Shown in pieces: positions 63,904 through 64,000 of a stretch of DNA of 64,000 nucleotides. Location: contig NC_057749.1 in the NCBI RefSeq assembly GCF_004010195.1, positions 9,177,070-9,241,069 of the forward strand. Direction: 5' to 3'. Both the position numbers and the translations under genes were made by a program. This DNA comes from Chiloscyllium plagiosum. Its lineage: Eukaryota. The notes beneath the pieces were generated by a model. That model was given only the letters and a program-made list of their open reading frames with translations, had not been told where the DNA came from and searched no databases. Each line of letters begins with the position of its first letter. Position 1 is the first letter of the stretch.

Positions 63904-64000
63904 GGGCGGCACGGTGGCACAGTGGTTAGCACTGCTGCCTCGCAGCGCCAGAGACCCGGGTTCAATTCCCGACTCAGGCGACTGACTGTGTGGAGTTTGC
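63904..64000 (+). mobile_element. HE1-like SINE 5' end (runs off the window)
   Basis: gggcggcacggtggcacagtggttagcactgctgcctcgcagcgccagagacccgggttcaattcc, with Pol III A and B boxes. Confidence 0.92.

Noticed and set aside
63904..63975. tRNA-like sequences with A and B boxes
   Set aside because: They are SINE heads that continue into the SINE body, not tRNA genes.

Overview
Repeat-rich vertebrate genomic DNA. The HE1-type tRNA SINEs, CR1 LINEs and Penelope-like elements (PLEs) suggest a shark, probably a carpet shark; this is inference. The only host coding sequence I can support is the 3' end of EDC3 (enhancer of mRNA decapping 3) on the minus strand: three YjeF-N-domain exons at 27582-27735, 22168-22385 and 16948-17282, with canonical GT-AG sites and consistent phases. 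A ~5.5 kb segment with no recognisable transposon follows and is the probable 3' UTR. The LSm and FDF exons are not visible, so 27736-64000 is probably one intron of more than 36 kb. A CpG-rich promoter or first-exon candidate lies at ~3.7-4.5 kb. The rest is decayed mobile DNA: CR1, Rex1/Babar, Gypsy, a solo LTR, SINEs, PLEs and an ~840 bp compound microsatellite. The most interesting signal is a set of short fold-back insertions made only of PLE termini and flanked by target-site duplications (TSDs). They carry minimal hammerhead ribozyme motifs, and their turn-around points cluster at the ribozyme. One of them captured an inverted copy of nearby genomic DNA, and several other locally templated duplications are present. 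No database searches were possible, so family names come from motif recognition and many repeat boundaries are approximate.
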